From an uncultured delta proteobacterium (lineage in GTDB: Bacteria; Myxococcota_A; UBA9160; UBA4427), in contig CAWGJT010000005.1 of the NCBI GenBank assembly GCA_963822965.1, forward strand, positions 896,001-960,000: a DNA stretch of 64,000 nucleotides, written 5' to 3'. Of the stretch, positions 47,801-57,782 are shown one piece after another. Below the pieces are notes generated by a model, which made no database searches, had not been told where the DNA came from, and saw only the letters and a program-made list of their open reading frames with translations. Both the position numbers and the translations under genes were made by a program. Position 1 is the first letter of the stretch, and each line of letters begins with the position of its first letter.

Positions 47801-48370
47801 GGCACCGTGCGCCTCGTCGGCAAGCGCTTCGAGGTGCGCAAGGGCGATGCGGTGCTGGACGGCTCCTCGCAGCCCGACCCCATCCTCGACGTGACGGCCA
47901 CGCACCCGGTGGCGGACATCGTGATCGTCGCGCGCGTCACGGGCCGCCTCTCGGATCCCATCCTGCACCTCGAGAGCGAGCCGGCGCTGCCCGAAGAGGA
48001 GATCGTGTCGTATCTCTTCTTCGGGCGGCCCACGGACCAGCTCGCGGCGGGCGAGCAGGGCAGCGTGAGCACCGCCGCCGCGGGCATCGCCGCGGGCATG
48101 GCCCTCGACGAGCTGCGGGAGATCTTCGGCCACCAGCTCCCCGTCGACACCATCGACGTGCGCCTCAACGAGGGGGACGAGCCCTCGCGCGTCGAGGTCG
48201 GCAAGTACGTCACGAAGGACGTGTTCCTGCGCTACGGCCACACCTTCGGCAGCGAGAGCGTCGAGGAGGTCGGTGTCTCCTACCGCATCGACGAGCACTG
48301 GCGCGTCGAGAGCACCACCAGCAGCAACGCCGCCGCGGGCGCGGACGTGTACTGGACGATCGACTACTGA
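44843..48370 (+). CDS. TamB (DUF490) translocation/assembly protein
   Basis: N-terminal TM; C-terminal L.SEP.L...EIVSYLFFG, VGKY, terminal Y; coupled to tamA. Confidence 0.85.
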   Translation: MARESETTSARRGGVLRKLTWSLGTAVAVVLLAISLLVAGAVTISRGWQRATLVAEIEKRLGDALGTEVHVDALRGPLVPSFEALGVRVGPAGSELARARRIVVHWDAGTLVADRRLVIDEIEIEGLDLVLRYEPTGGWNLPRPAAGPASEPASGEGADPLPVSVSLGRVHVVDSHIDLTWTSPDSTGALAGGFGATVRDVFVPASLAPVTWGTGSLQLGVERGQLGDTRVERGGLEANLDALHFLQVTAVGAGGFGEIGLSGRGDLDAWLAGRGDPGTRVDLAFDALDVAALIGRKEPETRLVGRAELGVGARTGAGGAPELLFDARLEPSRLGSVPISRARLRGSLLDRAWRLEHLLVEGEGVSVRGSAAGLADELQAVDVAARIERLDRLASWLPGAEGREAARQLAGGVSLELHLADPAGRANGSVALDGTDLAWRGVAVGDVALRARIEAGERAVVERFALRGDRLSLDVDPGAVLRRAGPALSDGVVVEGLRVRSDGAVLDVDGGVSADAARDLRLRLAGLALARLGELEGIARPTAGRVDATVTLDGPFPQPAATGWLELQDGAAQVPALGETFAPIAARLRLEDETLFVERITVGPPGERAEVSGRVAVPGLRPGRADLHLQVAEFPLTRVPLPSGLGGEEPGAPPTTVATGGHVDADLTLTGPLLAPTVTGDLDWTRPRWEDVQLDRITLHVEGDGRRVEGSARMRYEGSEILHARASLPIPADPRKPLDWLHEESAHIEVTGDSLDFALLQPFLTRLVREPRGTANVKLVIDGGRPEPRVDGLVTVSDGSLRVPLLRRTFEPVSGRARFDGRRVSLESLSIGTADAGLFAEGDLELTDLRPERIDLEVRLDHFPISRSSLLEADIDGRVDLDGPVDAPALTGKLTLEHTRVTVRSERDAVYKEVRVRATGSEAQLRERPRGGPDLLDRASVDLALTVPGNTWIRSPEIELDVSGWAQLDKRSLEPLHISGELSTRRGTVRLVGKRFEVRKGDAVLDGSSQPDPILDVTATHPVADIVIVARVTGRLSDPILHLESEPALPEEEIVSYLFFGRPTDQLAAGEQGSVSTAAAGIAAGMALDELREIFGHQLPVDTIDVRLNEGDEPSRVEVGKYVTKDVFLRYGHTFGSESVEEVGVSYRIDEHWRVESTTSSNAAAGADVYWTIDY

Positions 48371-48431
48371 GGGGCGCTCGCACCCGCGGCGCGCATTCCC
48401 GCGTCGCCCGCATCGGGGCTAGAGTGGCCGT

Positions 48432-49457
48432 GTGAGCGGAAGCCACGAAGAGACCAGCTCCCTGCAAGAGGCCCTCGCCGGCGCCGTCGCCGCCCACCTG
48501 TGCGAGGTGCGCAGCATCACGGAGCCCCGGCGTCTCTCGGGCGGGGCCAGCCAGGAGACCTGGTCCTTCGATGCCCTGACCGGGGACGGTCCGCTGCCCC
48601 TCATCCTGCGGCGCAAGCCGGGGGGCGGGGTGGGCGACGCGCCGCTCTTGGGCTCGGCGATCCCGCTCGAGACCGAGGCGGCGCTGATCGATCTCGCCGC
48701 CGGCGCCAAGGTGCCGGTGCCCGGGGTGCGCTTCGTGCTGCGGCCCGAGGACGAACTCGGCTCCGGCTTCGTGATGGAACGGCTCGAGGGCGAGACCATC
48801 GCGCCCAGGATCCTGCGTGACGAGGCGCTGGCGGCGGTGCGGCCGCGCCTCGCGCGCGAGTGCGGCGAGATCCTGGCGCGCATCCACTCGCTGCCCCGAG
48901 AGCGGCTGCCGAAGCTCTCGGTCGCCGGCGCGCGCGAGCAGCTCGACCAGTACCGCAGCGTCTACGACCGCTTCGACGACCCGCGCCCGGTCTTCGAGCT
49001 GGCCTTCCGCTGGATCGAGGCCTGGACCGCGAGCCACCCCGAAGACCCGGCGACCTTCGGGCTCGTGCACGGCGACTTCCGCAACGGCAACCTCATGATC
49101 GCTCCGGACGGCGTCCGCGGTGTGCTCGACTGGGAGCTCGCCCACGTGGGCGACCCGATGGAGGACCTCGGCTGGATCTGCGTCAATTCCTGGCGCTTCG
49201 GCCGCATCGACCAGCCGGTGGGCGGCTTCGGCTCCCGCGAGGAGCTGGCGGCAGGCTACGAAGCCGCGGGCGGCGCACCCGTCGATCTCGAGCGGGTCCG
49301 CTTCTGGGAGATCCTCGGCACCCTCAAGTGGGGGATCATCTGCACCATGATGCTGTTCGCGTTCCGGACCGGAGGCGACCGCTCCGTCGAGCGCGCCGCC
49401 ATCGGCCGCCGCGCGTCCGAGACCGAGATCGACCTGCTGGCGCTGCTCGCGCCCTGA
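48432..49457 (+). CDS. APH-family phosphotransferase
   Basis: LSGGASQETW, HGDFRNGN, LDWELAHVGDP. Confidence 0.88.
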   Translation: MSGSHEETSSLQEALAGAVAAHLCEVRSITEPRRLSGGASQETWSFDALTGDGPLPLILRRKPGGGVGDAPLLGSAIPLETEAALIDLAAGAKVPVPGVRFVLRPEDELGSGFVMERLEGETIAPRILRDEALAAVRPRLARECGEILARIHSLPRERLPKLSVAGAREQLDQYRSVYDRFDDPRPVFELAFRWIEAWTASHPEDPATFGLVHGDFRNGNLMIAPDGVRGVLDWELAHVGDPMEDLGWICVNSWRFGRIDQPVGGFGSREELAAGYEAAGGAPVDLERVRFWEILGTLKWGIICTMMLFAFRTGGDRSVERAAIGRRASETEIDLLALLAP

Positions 49458-49532
49458 GCGGTCAGCGCCCCGCTGGGGCGCCGACCTGCAACCTGAGGAC
49501 AACGCTGAGCGTTGTCCTCTTGGGAGGAGCCC

Positions 49533-49922
49533 ATGTACGACCCCCCGAGCACGGCCGAGCTGGTGACCGCGGTTCGCGAGTTCCTCGAGGAGCAGGCGAT
49601 GCCGCGTCTCGAGGGACGCACGGCCTTCCACGCCCGCGTCGCTGCCAACGCACTGGCCATCGTGGCGCGCCAGCTCGAGCTGGGGCCGGCCGCCGAGGCC
49701 GCCGAGCACGAGCGCCTGGTGGCGTTGCTGGGCCGGGACGGCAGCCTCGACTCGCTCACCCGGGAGCTCTGCCAACGCATCCGCGCCGGCGAGATCGGCC
49801 TGGAATCCTCCGCGCTCGTGAGCCACCTGCGCACCACCACCCTCGACAAGCTCGCGGTCGACCAGCCGAGATATGCGGGCTACCGGCGCGCCCTCGAGCA
49901 GGACCGTGCGAGCGGCGAGTAG
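49533..49922 (+). CDS. DUF6285-like protein
   Basis: P...ELV.AVREFL...FHARVAAN...KLAVDQPRY; usual partner of the APH gene. Confidence 0.7.
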   Translation: MYDPPSTAELVTAVREFLEEQAMPRLEGRTAFHARVAANALAIVARQLELGPAAEAAEHERLVALLGRDGSLDSLTRELCQRIRAGEIGLESSALVSHLRTTTLDKLAVDQPRYAGYRRALEQDRASGE

Positions 49923-49984
49923 CGAGCCACCCCGAACCCGCGCAGCACGTGGCTGCGAACGAACATGGAGAGGAGACCCCCGCG

Positions 49985-50815
49985 ATGGAAACGAGCGTCG
50001 TGCTCATCGACGACCCCGCACCGCAGATCCGGCGCATCACCCTGAACCGGCCCGAGAAGCGCAACGCGCTGAACCACGCCCTGCGCGGCGGCGTCCTGCG
50101 GGCCCTGCAGGAGGCCGACCAGGACCCGGAAGTGCGCGTCATGATCGTGCGCGGCGCCGGCAAGTGCTTCTCGTCGGGCTACGAGCTCGGCGGCGGCAAC
50201 GAGGGCCAGGAGCTGCCCTGGTACACCCCGGGCGGTGACGGCCAGTGGCCGCGGCACGTGACCCAGGGCTGGATGAGCATCTGGGAGCTCGGCAAGCCCG
50301 TGATCGCCCAGGTGCACGGCTACTGCCTGGCCGGGGGCAGCGAGCTCGCCACCTGCTGCGACCTCGTCTACATGGCCGACGACGCGCAGATGGGATACCC
50401 GGCGGTCCGCTTCGGCGTGCCCGACAACCACTTCCACGCCTGGTTCGTCGGCATGCGCAAGGCGATGGAGATGATGTTGACCGGCGACTCGATCGACGGG
50501 GTCGAGGCGGCGCGCCTGGGCTGGGCGAACGCGTCGTTCCCGGCCGCCGAGCTGGAGGAGCGCGTGCTCGACGTCGCCCGCCGCATCGCGACCGTGCCGC
50601 CCGACCTGGTGCAGCTCAACAAGCGGGTCGTGCACCGACAGATGGAGATCATGGGTCTGCACACCGGCATCCGCGCGGGATCCGAGCTGTGCGCCCTGGG
50701 CACGCACCAGAAGAGCATGCACGAGTTCCTGGCGCAGACCCGCGAGAAGGGGCTCACCCGGGCCCTGCAGGAGCGGGACCAGCCCTTCGGCGACTACCGC
50801 ACGAAGAAGGACTGA
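49985..50815 (+). CDS. Enoyl-CoA hydratase/isomerase family protein
   Basis: ITLNRPEKRNAL, KPVIAQVHGYCLAGG. Confidence 0.92.
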   Translation: METSVVLIDDPAPQIRRITLNRPEKRNALNHALRGGVLRALQEADQDPEVRVMIVRGAGKCFSSGYELGGGNEGQELPWYTPGGDGQWPRHVTQGWMSIWELGKPVIAQVHGYCLAGGSELATCCDLVYMADDAQMGYPAVRFGVPDNHFHAWFVGMRKAMEMMLTGDSIDGVEAARLGWANASFPAAELEERVLDVARRIATVPPDLVQLNKRVVHRQMEIMGLHTGIRAGSELCALGTHQKSMHEFLAQTREKGLTRALQERDQPFGDYRTKKD

Positions 50816-50860
50816 TCCGACCCGGAGTGGGTCGGCTCGAACCCGAGACGAGATTCGGAC

Positions 50861-53680
50861 GTGTCGCGAAGAACCATGCGCTCTCGCTTGCTGGTCGTCG
50901 CGGTGTCCCTCGCCGTGCTCCTGGGGCTCGCCCATCTCGCCCTGCGCGAGATCTCGACGGCCCCGCTGCGCACCCGGATCGAAGAGCGCCTCACCCAGGT
51001 GCTGGGGCTCACGGTGTCGCTGGACGAGCTCCAGGTGGCACTGCTGCCCACGCCGCACCTCTCGGCGGCGGGCGTTCGCGTCGCCGCGCCGCCCGGTGGG
51101 GCCTCGCCCGACCTGCTCCGCATCGACCGCGTCACCCTCGGAATCGCGTTCTGGCCGCTCTTCCACCGGACCGTGGCCATCGATTCGCTCGCGATCGAGG
51201 ACGCGGACCTGCACCTCGAGACGGACGACGAGGGGAGGCTCTCCGAGGGGCTCCGGCTCACCCTGCCGACGACCGAAGGCGCCGGCGGCGGCTTCGCGTT
51301 CGAGCTCCACGCGCTGCAGGTCGACCGGCTGCGCGTCTTCTACCGGGACGCTCGCGACGGCAGGACCTACTCGCTGGTCCTCGACTCGGTCTCGGTCGAG
51401 TCGGAGGACCTCGACCACGAGATCCTGCTCGCGGCCAACGGCCGCTTCGACGGCTCGGAGATCGAGCTCTCGGGCCGGATCGGGTCCTTCCGCGAGCTGA
51501 TGACCCCCACGCGACCCTTCCCGGTGGACCTCGCGGGGCGGCTCTTCGAGGCCCGCTTCCAGGTGACGGGGACCGTTCGCGAGCTCGCGACGATCGAGGG
51601 ACTCGACCTCGCGATCTCCGCCGAGATTCCGGAGCTCGTGGTGAAGGGCCGGTCCCTGCCCCAGCTCGGCCGCATCCGCTTCGCGGGCCGGCTCTCCGAT
51701 CTCGACGGATCCCTGGGCCTCGATCAGCTCAGCATGGACCTGACGAAGAGCGACCCCGTCCGTCTCGACGTGCACGGAAGCATCGGCGACCTCTTCCACG
51801 TCGCGGACGTGGACGTCGAAGCGCGCGTCGAGACCGGCTCGCTGGACTTCCTGGCGCCTCTTCTCGCGCCCCTCGTCGAGAAGCGGCTCGGCCTCGCCTG
51901 GCCGGCGATCGCGTCGCTGAACGTGCAGACCCGGCTCTCGGATCCGAGCGGAAGCCTTCGCCTGGACGGAAGCATCCGGGCGGCCACCCCCGGCGACGCC
52001 ATCGTGATCCACGCGGAAGGCGGCGCCACGGATCTCGCGCGAACGCCGCGGCTCGACGTGAAGCTGGACGCCCGGGCAGACGATCTGGCGTCCGTCACGG
52101 CGCTCGTCCCCGACGCTCCGAAGGGCGAGGGGCTGGGCCCCGCGACGGCCAGCGGTCGCTTGCGGAGCCTCGACTCGAGCCTCGGGGCCGACGACATCGT
52201 GGTCCGCCTCGGCAACCGCGAGAAGGTCTGGGCCGAGGTCGATGGCTCGATCGCGGACATCGCTTCGCTTCGCGGCGTCGCGCTCGAGCTGTCCTTCGGC
52301 GCCGTGAGCCTGCACCACCTGAAGGCGTTGCTCGCGCGCGAGCTGCCCCACACCTCGCCTTTCGAGGGCAGCGCGGGAATCAGCGACGCGGACGGCTCGC
52401 TCGGTGTGGAGCACCTTCGGCTGCACGGCGGTGGGGACAGCCCGGTGGAGGTCCACCTCGAGGCCCGCTTCGACGACCTGCCCCGGCGCGACGAGATCGA
52501 GGTCGCGCTGGGGCTCCGTGGCCAGGACATGCGCGTGCTCGGCGCCATTGCCGGCCTCGACCTTCCCGCTGTCGGCCCGGTCGAGCTCCACGGGAAGATC
52601 CAGGGCTCGGACGAACACCTGGCCGCGGACCACGTCGCGCTCCGGCTCGGAGAGACCCGTCTCACCGGGAGCGTGTCGGGCTCGTTCGCACCCCACGCGC
52701 GTCCGGCCGTGACCGCCCGACTCGCCTCCAAGGACGTTCGGCTCCAGGACCTGGGGCTGCAGCCGGCCGAGAAGCCCTCGGCCGGCTCGACCGGCCCCGC
52801 CGCCCCGTGGCTGCACGACGGCACCGCGACGCTCCCCTTCGCGCAGCTGCGTCGGGTCGACCTCGACCTCGGGTTCCAGCTCGATCGCGTCGGCGGCTAT
52901 CAGGACTTCGACGCACGCGACGTCCACTTCCTGCTGCGCCTCCAGGACGGCGACCTCGTCGTCGAGGATGCCGGCGCCCGTTACCAGAGCGGCGACCTGA
53001 ACTTCGACCTCCGGGCCGACACCCGCACGCCCGTCCCCGTGCTCCGGATGGGGCTGCGCGCCAAGGGCGTCGACATCGCCCGCATCGCTTCCCAGTTCCA
53101 GAAGGACACCGAAGCCTCGGGGATCCTCGACGCCGAGCTCGACCTGCGGGCGCGGGGCGACACCCTCGACGCGCTCCGGCAGTCGCTCACGGGACGACTC
53201 GGGCTCGCGCTTCGCGACGGAGACCTGGTGTCGCGAATCGCGCGGGAGTTCGTCCTCGACCTGGCCACCGCCGTGTTTCCGGGCCTGCGAGCCAAGAATG
53301 TGTCGAGCATCGGCTGCGGCATCGCCCACCTGGAGGTCGAGAACGGCCTCGTGACCGTCCACACCCTGTTCTTGAAGGAGAAGGATCTCAGCGTGGTCGG
53401 AACGGGAGAGATCGACCTCGTGCGCGGCCTCTACGACCTGCGGGTCGTTCCCCGGACGACCGATCCGGGCATCGTGAGCGTCGCACCCGAGGTGGAGGTG
53501 ACCGGGCCGCTCGACGACCCGAGCTTCCACCCCGTGAAGCGGACGCTCCTGACCAGCTTCGGACGCGGACTCCTGCAGAACGCCCTCAACGCGGGCGCCT
53601 TCCTGGTCCGGCCCCTGATGCCGAAGCAGGCGGCGCGCGCCGAGGACGAGTGCCGCGCCCCGAGCCTGGCAGCGCCGTGA
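50861..53680 (+). CDS. AsmA family protein
   Basis: N-terminal TM and AsmA-like start, beta-rich repeats, C-terminal V.G.L.DP. Confidence 0.75.
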   Translation: MSRRTMRSRLLVVAVSLAVLLGLAHLALREISTAPLRTRIEERLTQVLGLTVSLDELQVALLPTPHLSAAGVRVAAPPGGASPDLLRIDRVTLGIAFWPLFHRTVAIDSLAIEDADLHLETDDEGRLSEGLRLTLPTTEGAGGGFAFELHALQVDRLRVFYRDARDGRTYSLVLDSVSVESEDLDHEILLAANGRFDGSEIELSGRIGSFRELMTPTRPFPVDLAGRLFEARFQVTGTVRELATIEGLDLAISAEIPELVVKGRSLPQLGRIRFAGRLSDLDGSLGLDQLSMDLTKSDPVRLDVHGSIGDLFHVADVDVEARVETGSLDFLAPLLAPLVEKRLGLAWPAIASLNVQTRLSDPSGSLRLDGSIRAATPGDAIVIHAEGGATDLARTPRLDVKLDARADDLASVTALVPDAPKGEGLGPATASGRLRSLDSSLGADDIVVRLGNREKVWAEVDGSIADIASLRGVALELSFGAVSLHHLKALLARELPHTSPFEGSAGISDADGSLGVEHLRLHGGGDSPVEVHLEARFDDLPRRDEIEVALGLRGQDMRVLGAIAGLDLPAVGPVELHGKIQGSDEHLAADHVALRLGETRLTGSVSGSFAPHARPAVTARLASKDVRLQDLGLQPAEKPSAGSTGPAAPWLHDGTATLPFAQLRRVDLDLGFQLDRVGGYQDFDARDVHFLLRLQDGDLVVEDAGARYQSGDLNFDLRADTRTPVPVLRMGLRAKGVDIARIASQFQKDTEASGILDAELDLRARGDTLDALRQSLTGRLGLALRDGDLVSRIAREFVLDLATAVFPGLRAKNVSSIGCGIAHLEVENGLVTVHTLFLKEKDLSVVGTGEIDLVRGLYDLRVVPRTTDPGIVSVAPEVEVTGPLDDPSFHPVKRTLLTSFGRGLLQNALNAGAFLVRPLMPKQAARAEDECRAPSLAAP

Positions 53681-53702
53681 CGCCCCGCAGGAGGTCAGGC
53701 TC

Positions 53703-54671
53703 CTAACGATCGCGCCGGGCCACCGCCGCGGCCTCCCACTCGTCGATCTCCACCCAGTCGTCTCCCATGAAGCCGCACGCCTTCTCGGGGTGCTCGAGCA
53801 TGATGCGGGCCGCGGTCTGCTGGCGCGCGTCGCGGTCGGAGCTCGTCTCCAGGGCGACGGTCTGCTCGAGCAGCCCGCGCCCCTCGTCGAGCCGCGCGGG
53901 CTGGCTGCGGCTGGTGCCGAGACAGACGAGCTGCGAGCCGAGCTCGACCCGGTAGTCGACACGTCCCGGATGCAGGGCGAGCGCCTGGCGCGCGTGGGCG
54001 AGGGCCCGCTCCTTGTCGCCCCGCACCCCGAGCAGCCAGCCGAGCCAGCCCCAGTCGGGCAGCACGCGGTAGAAGATCGCGCTGCCGTAGTGGAGGTTGC
54101 CGAGGGTGGAGTTGTTCTCGGTGTCGCGATGGGTGGGATGCAGCGCGATGCCGCGCTCGAGCAGCGCCGCCATCTCCGGCGCGCCCCGAAGCCCCCACAG
54201 CAGGCCGCGCTTCATCACGAGCCGTCCCATGGCGGTGAACTTCCACAACATGCAGCCCGCGCAGTCGGGATCCCGCGCCAGCCCGCGGGCCGCCTCCCTC
54301 TCGGCGTCCTCGTAGTGGGCGAGCCTCTCGTCCTCGTCCTCCGGCGGCGTGAGCTCGCCCAGGAACCAGTGGCAGCGGGCGCTGCGCCAGTACGCGTCGC
54401 CTCCCACGTCGGAGAGCCGCGCCACGCGCTCGAAGGCGCGGATGGCCCGTCGGTAGTCGTCCCGGGCGGCCGCCGGATCGGACTCGGCCACGAGGAACGC
54501 CGCGCGCTCGGCGGCCAGGGCGGCGATCCACGCGGGCCGGGCGCGCGGGGCGTCGGGGATGGACGACGCCGGGAGGGCGCTCTCCGCCCCCGACCGCACG
54601 GCGCACAGGCCCGCCGCCAGCACGAGAGAGACGGTCCGCCAGCGACCACCCGGTGCGCTGCGCCTCCTCAC
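53703..54671 (-). CDS. TPR-like helical secreted protein
   Basis: Helical repeats (AYWRSAR..W.LGE; AL.HARQAL.L.P); start inferred from GTGA overlap. Confidence 0.55.
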   Translation of the reverse strand: MRRRSAPGGRWRTVSLVLAAGLCAVRSGAESALPASSIPDAPRARPAWIAALAAERAAFLVAESDPAAARDDYRRAIRAFERVARLSDVGGDAYWRSARCHWFLGELTPPEDEDERLAHYEDAEREAARGLARDPDCAGCMLWKFTAMGRLVMKRGLLWGLRGAPEMAALLERGIALHPTHRDTENNSTLGNLHYGSAIFYRVLPDWGWLGWLLGVRGDKERALAHARQALALHPGRVDYRVELGSQLVCLGTSRSQPARLDEGRGLLEQTVALETSSDRDARQQTAARIMLEHPEKACGFMGDDWVEIDEWEAAAVARRDR

Positions 54672-57346
54672 GCCGGCAGCAGCTCCGATCGCGAGCGCTC
54701 GATCTCGTGGGCACCCGCGGACAGCTCGGCGCGACTGCCGTCCGGCAGCTCGAGCCCCGCCGAGCAGCCGGGCGGCACCGTGGCCTGCAGCCGGAAGACC
54801 CCGTCCTCGAGCTGCCAGGCCACGCGGTAGGCGCCGTGCAGGGTCTCGAGGTCGGCGCGGGCATGGGTGAGGAGCGGTGTCTCCGGCAGGCCGGGATGCA
54901 CCGGAGGTCGCGGCGCGATGCGGGCGCGGCGCCAGCCCGACGCCGCCGGCGACGGATCGAGATCGAGCCCTGCCACGGTGCCGTAGAGCCACTCGCCCAC
55001 GGCCCCGTACGCGTAGTGATTGAAGCTGTTCATCTCGGGATCGAAGAAGCCCCGCTCGGCCGTCCACCCGTCCCAGCGCTCCCAGATGGTGGTGGCGCCT
55101 CCCGAGACCACGGGGTAGAGCCAGGACGGGAACTCGCGGCGCAGCAGCAGGCGGTACGCGAGATCGAGCCGGCCGACGGCCGTGAGCGCCGGCAGCAGGT
55201 GCGGCGTGCCGACGAATCCCGTCGTGAGGTGCCCGTGTGTCTCGACGTTGCGGGCGAGGGCGCGGCCCGTCACCTCGCGCTCGTGCTCGTCGAGCAGGTC
55301 GAATTGCAGCGCCAGCACGAAGCTCGTCTGGGTGTTGCCGGCGACGAGCCCGTCCGCCGTCACGAAGCGGCGGCGGAAGGCGTCGCGCGCGAAGGTCCGC
55401 AGCTCACCGAAGCGCTTGGCGTCGTCGGGGCGCCCGATCGCCGCCGCCATCTCCGACATGCGCCGAGCCGACTCCGCCAGGAAGGCGGTGCCGACCAGCT
55501 CCTTGGGGGTGCCGCCCCAGCGGCTGTCCCGGCGGTTCGTACCGTCGAGCGCGCACCAGTCGCCGAAGCCGCCCCAGGCGTCGCGCTCGGGATCCGAGCG
55601 GATGCCGTCGGGGAAGCGCCGCATCACGTGGTCGAGGAACGCCACCATGCCGTCCCAGTGCGACTCGACGATGCGTCGGTCGCCGAAGCAGCGCCAGATC
55701 GTGTGGGGACAGAGGACGATGGCGTCCGCCCAGGCGGGGCCGCCGTCCATGCGCTCCATGGCTTCCAGGGGAACGGGCGCCACCGGCGGCACCAGGCCGT
55801 CCTCGCGCTGAGCGTCCCCCAGGTCGACGAGCCACTTGGTGAAGAAGCCAGCCACGTCCATGTTGAAGGCCGCGGTGCGCACGAACACCTGCGCGTCACC
55901 CGTCCAGCCGAGTCGCTCGTCGCGTTGCGGGCAGTCGGTGGGCACGTCGAGGAAGTTGCCGCGCTGGCCCCAGACGATGTTGTGCTGGAGCTGGTCGAGA
56001 TCGGGATCGGAGCACGCGAAGGCGCCGGTCTCCGGAAGGTCGGAGCCAAGCACGACGCCCACCAGGGACTCGACCGCCTCGGCGTCGAAGCGCCCGGACA
56101 ACTCCACGTAGCGGAAGCCGTGGAACGTGAAGCGAGGCTCGAAGACCTCCGCGTCGTCGCCGCCCGCCAGGGTGAAGGTGTCCGTCGCCGCGGCGCCCTT
56201 GAGGTTCGCGGTGTAGAGGTCACCGTGCTCGTCGAGCACCTCGGCGTGGCGAAGCTGCACGGTGGTGCCGCGCCGTCCCCGGATGCGCAGGCGCACGCGA
56301 CCCACCAGGTTCTGCCCGAGGTCGTAGACGAGCCGCGGCCCAAAGAGCGGGTTGCCCCGCAGCACCGGCGGTCCCACCGGCCGCATCTCGCGCAGCACGC
56401 GCACCGGCGGTCCGACCATGGCGTCGAGGGAGATGCCCGGATCGGGCAGCGTCTCCACCGGCGCGAAGCCCTCGGTCGCCCCGCCGGGCCGGCTCCAGGG
56501 GCCCGGGTCCCGGCGCGCATCGACGGTCTCGCCCTGCATGAGGTCCGCAGCCAGGATCGAGGAGGCGCGGAATCGCCAGTCCGGACCGCTCTCGACGTGG
56601 GTCGTGGTGCCGTCCTCGTAGGCGATCTCGAGCTGCAGCAGCAGCGCGGGCCGCTCGCCGTAGCGCTCCCGCAGGCCGCGGAGCCCGAGGAACCCGCAGT
56701 ACCAGCCGTCGCCGAGCAGCGCGCCGACGGCGTTCGGGCCCGGCGTCAGCTGGGCGCCCACGTCGAACACCTGGTAGCGGACGCGGCGCGAGAAGTCCGT
56801 CCAGCCGGGCGCCAGCTCGAGATCGCCCACGCGCCGGCCGTTGAGCCAGACCTGGTGGAGCCCGAGTGCCGTCACGTAGAGACGCGCCGTGGCCACCGGA
56901 CGATCGAGGACGAACTCCGTACGCAGCGCTGGAACCGGCGCTCCGCTCTTCGGGCCCCCGAAGAGCGGAGCCGCGATCCAGCGGGCCGACCAGTCGCTTC
57001 GCTGGAGCAGTCCCAGCTCGAAGCGCGCCGTCTCGCTCCAGGGCGAGGCGACGCCTTCGGCATCGAAGACCCGCACCTTCCAGCAGGCGCGGTCGCGCGA
57101 GCCCAGCTCCCGGCCCGCGTACTCGACGTGCACGTTCGCGTCCGAGGCGACCCGGCCCGAGTCGAAGAGGTCGCCCTCGTCCCGCGCGAGCTTCCCCTCG
57201 TCGCTCGCGACCAGCAGCTGGTAGCCGCTCTGACGCGCGCCCTGCTCCGGCGCGAGCTGCCAGAACAGACGCGGCCGGCGCGTGCCGAGCCCGATCGGAT
57301 CGCGCGCGTACTCCGTGCGCAGGCGGCGGGGAGCGTGCAGGCTCAT
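54668..57346 (-). CDS. Alpha-L-rhamnosidase (GH78)
   Basis: DLGQN..G, FTFHGFRY, PTDCPQRDERLGWTGD, GATTIWERW, MNSFNHY. Confidence 0.95.
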   Translation of the reverse strand: MSLHAPRRLRTEYARDPIGLGTRRPRLFWQLAPEQGARQSGYQLLVASDEGKLARDEGDLFDSGRVASDANVHVEYAGRELGSRDRACWKVRVFDAEGVASPWSETARFELGLLQRSDWSARWIAAPLFGGPKSGAPVPALRTEFVLDRPVATARLYVTALGLHQVWLNGRRVGDLELAPGWTDFSRRVRYQVFDVGAQLTPGPNAVGALLGDGWYCGFLGLRGLRERYGERPALLLQLEIAYEDGTTTHVESGPDWRFRASSILAADLMQGETVDARRDPGPWSRPGGATEGFAPVETLPDPGISLDAMVGPPVRVLREMRPVGPPVLRGNPLFGPRLVYDLGQNLVGRVRLRIRGRRGTTVQLRHAEVLDEHGDLYTANLKGAAATDTFTLAGGDDAEVFEPRFTFHGFRYVELSGRFDAEAVESLVGVVLGSDLPETGAFACSDPDLDQLQHNIVWGQRGNFLDVPTDCPQRDERLGWTGDAQVFVRTAAFNMDVAGFFTKWLVDLGDAQREDGLVPPVAPVPLEAMERMDGGPAWADAIVLCPHTIWRCFGDRRIVESHWDGMVAFLDHVMRRFPDGIRSDPERDAWGGFGDWCALDGTNRRDSRWGGTPKELVGTAFLAESARRMSEMAAAIGRPDDAKRFGELRTFARDAFRRRFVTADGLVAGNTQTSFVLALQFDLLDEHEREVTGRALARNVETHGHLTTGFVGTPHLLPALTAVGRLDLAYRLLLRREFPSWLYPVVSGGATTIWERWDGWTAERGFFDPEMNSFNHYAYGAVGEWLYGTVAGLDLDPSPAASGWRRARIAPRPPVHPGLPETPLLTHARADLETLHGAYRVAWQLEDGVFRLQATVPPGCSAGLELPDGSRAELSAGAHEIERSRSELLPA

Positions 57347-57386
57347 GATCGATTCCTCCGCGGCGCGCGGCCGCCCGGTCCGGGGC

Positions 57387-57782
57387 TCACGGCGCGACCG
57401 CGCCGGCCAGCGGCCGGTGGTCGCCGCCCGGACCGGGCGTCGCGTGCACCAGCCGACTCTCCTCGAGCAGCACGACCCGGTGCCAGACGCCGCGGGGGAC
57501 GATCAGCGCCTGGCCGGGAGCGAGCTCGACGGTGCGCTCGCCGTCCGCCTCCTCGAGCACGACGGCGATGCGGCCGGAGAGGAGCACCAGCAGCTCGTCG
57601 CCGTCCGGATGCACCTCGCCGCCATGGGGCGCATTGCGCGTCATGGTCACCACGCCCAGGCTCAGCCCGTCCACCCGACTGGGCGGCCCCGGCCGGCTCT
57701 CGATGCGCAGGGCCGTGCCGTCCCGCAGCATGCCGACCGTCGAGCCGGTGATCTCGAAGGGAGCCGCAGCTCGCTCGCTCAT
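57387..57782 (-). CDS. Cupin domain protein
   Basis: EVHPDGDELLVLLSG...IVPRGVWH. Confidence 0.85.
   Translation of the reverse strand: MSERAAAPFEITGSTVGMLRDGTALRIESRPGPPSRVDGLSLGVVTMTRNAPHGGEVHPDGDELLVLLSGRIAVVLEEADGERTVELAPGQALIVPRGVWHRVVLLEESRLVHATPGPGGDHRPLAGAVAP

Noticed and set aside
42953..48370. 1805-aa ORF as a TamA-TamB fusion
   Set aside because: The middle portion is out-of-frame tamA; tamA has its own stop at 44843 overlapping the tamB ATG
45263..53962. Very long antisense ORFs (1011 aa, 1360 aa and similar)
   Set aside because: Expected stop-poor shadows in high-GC coding DNA; no motifs
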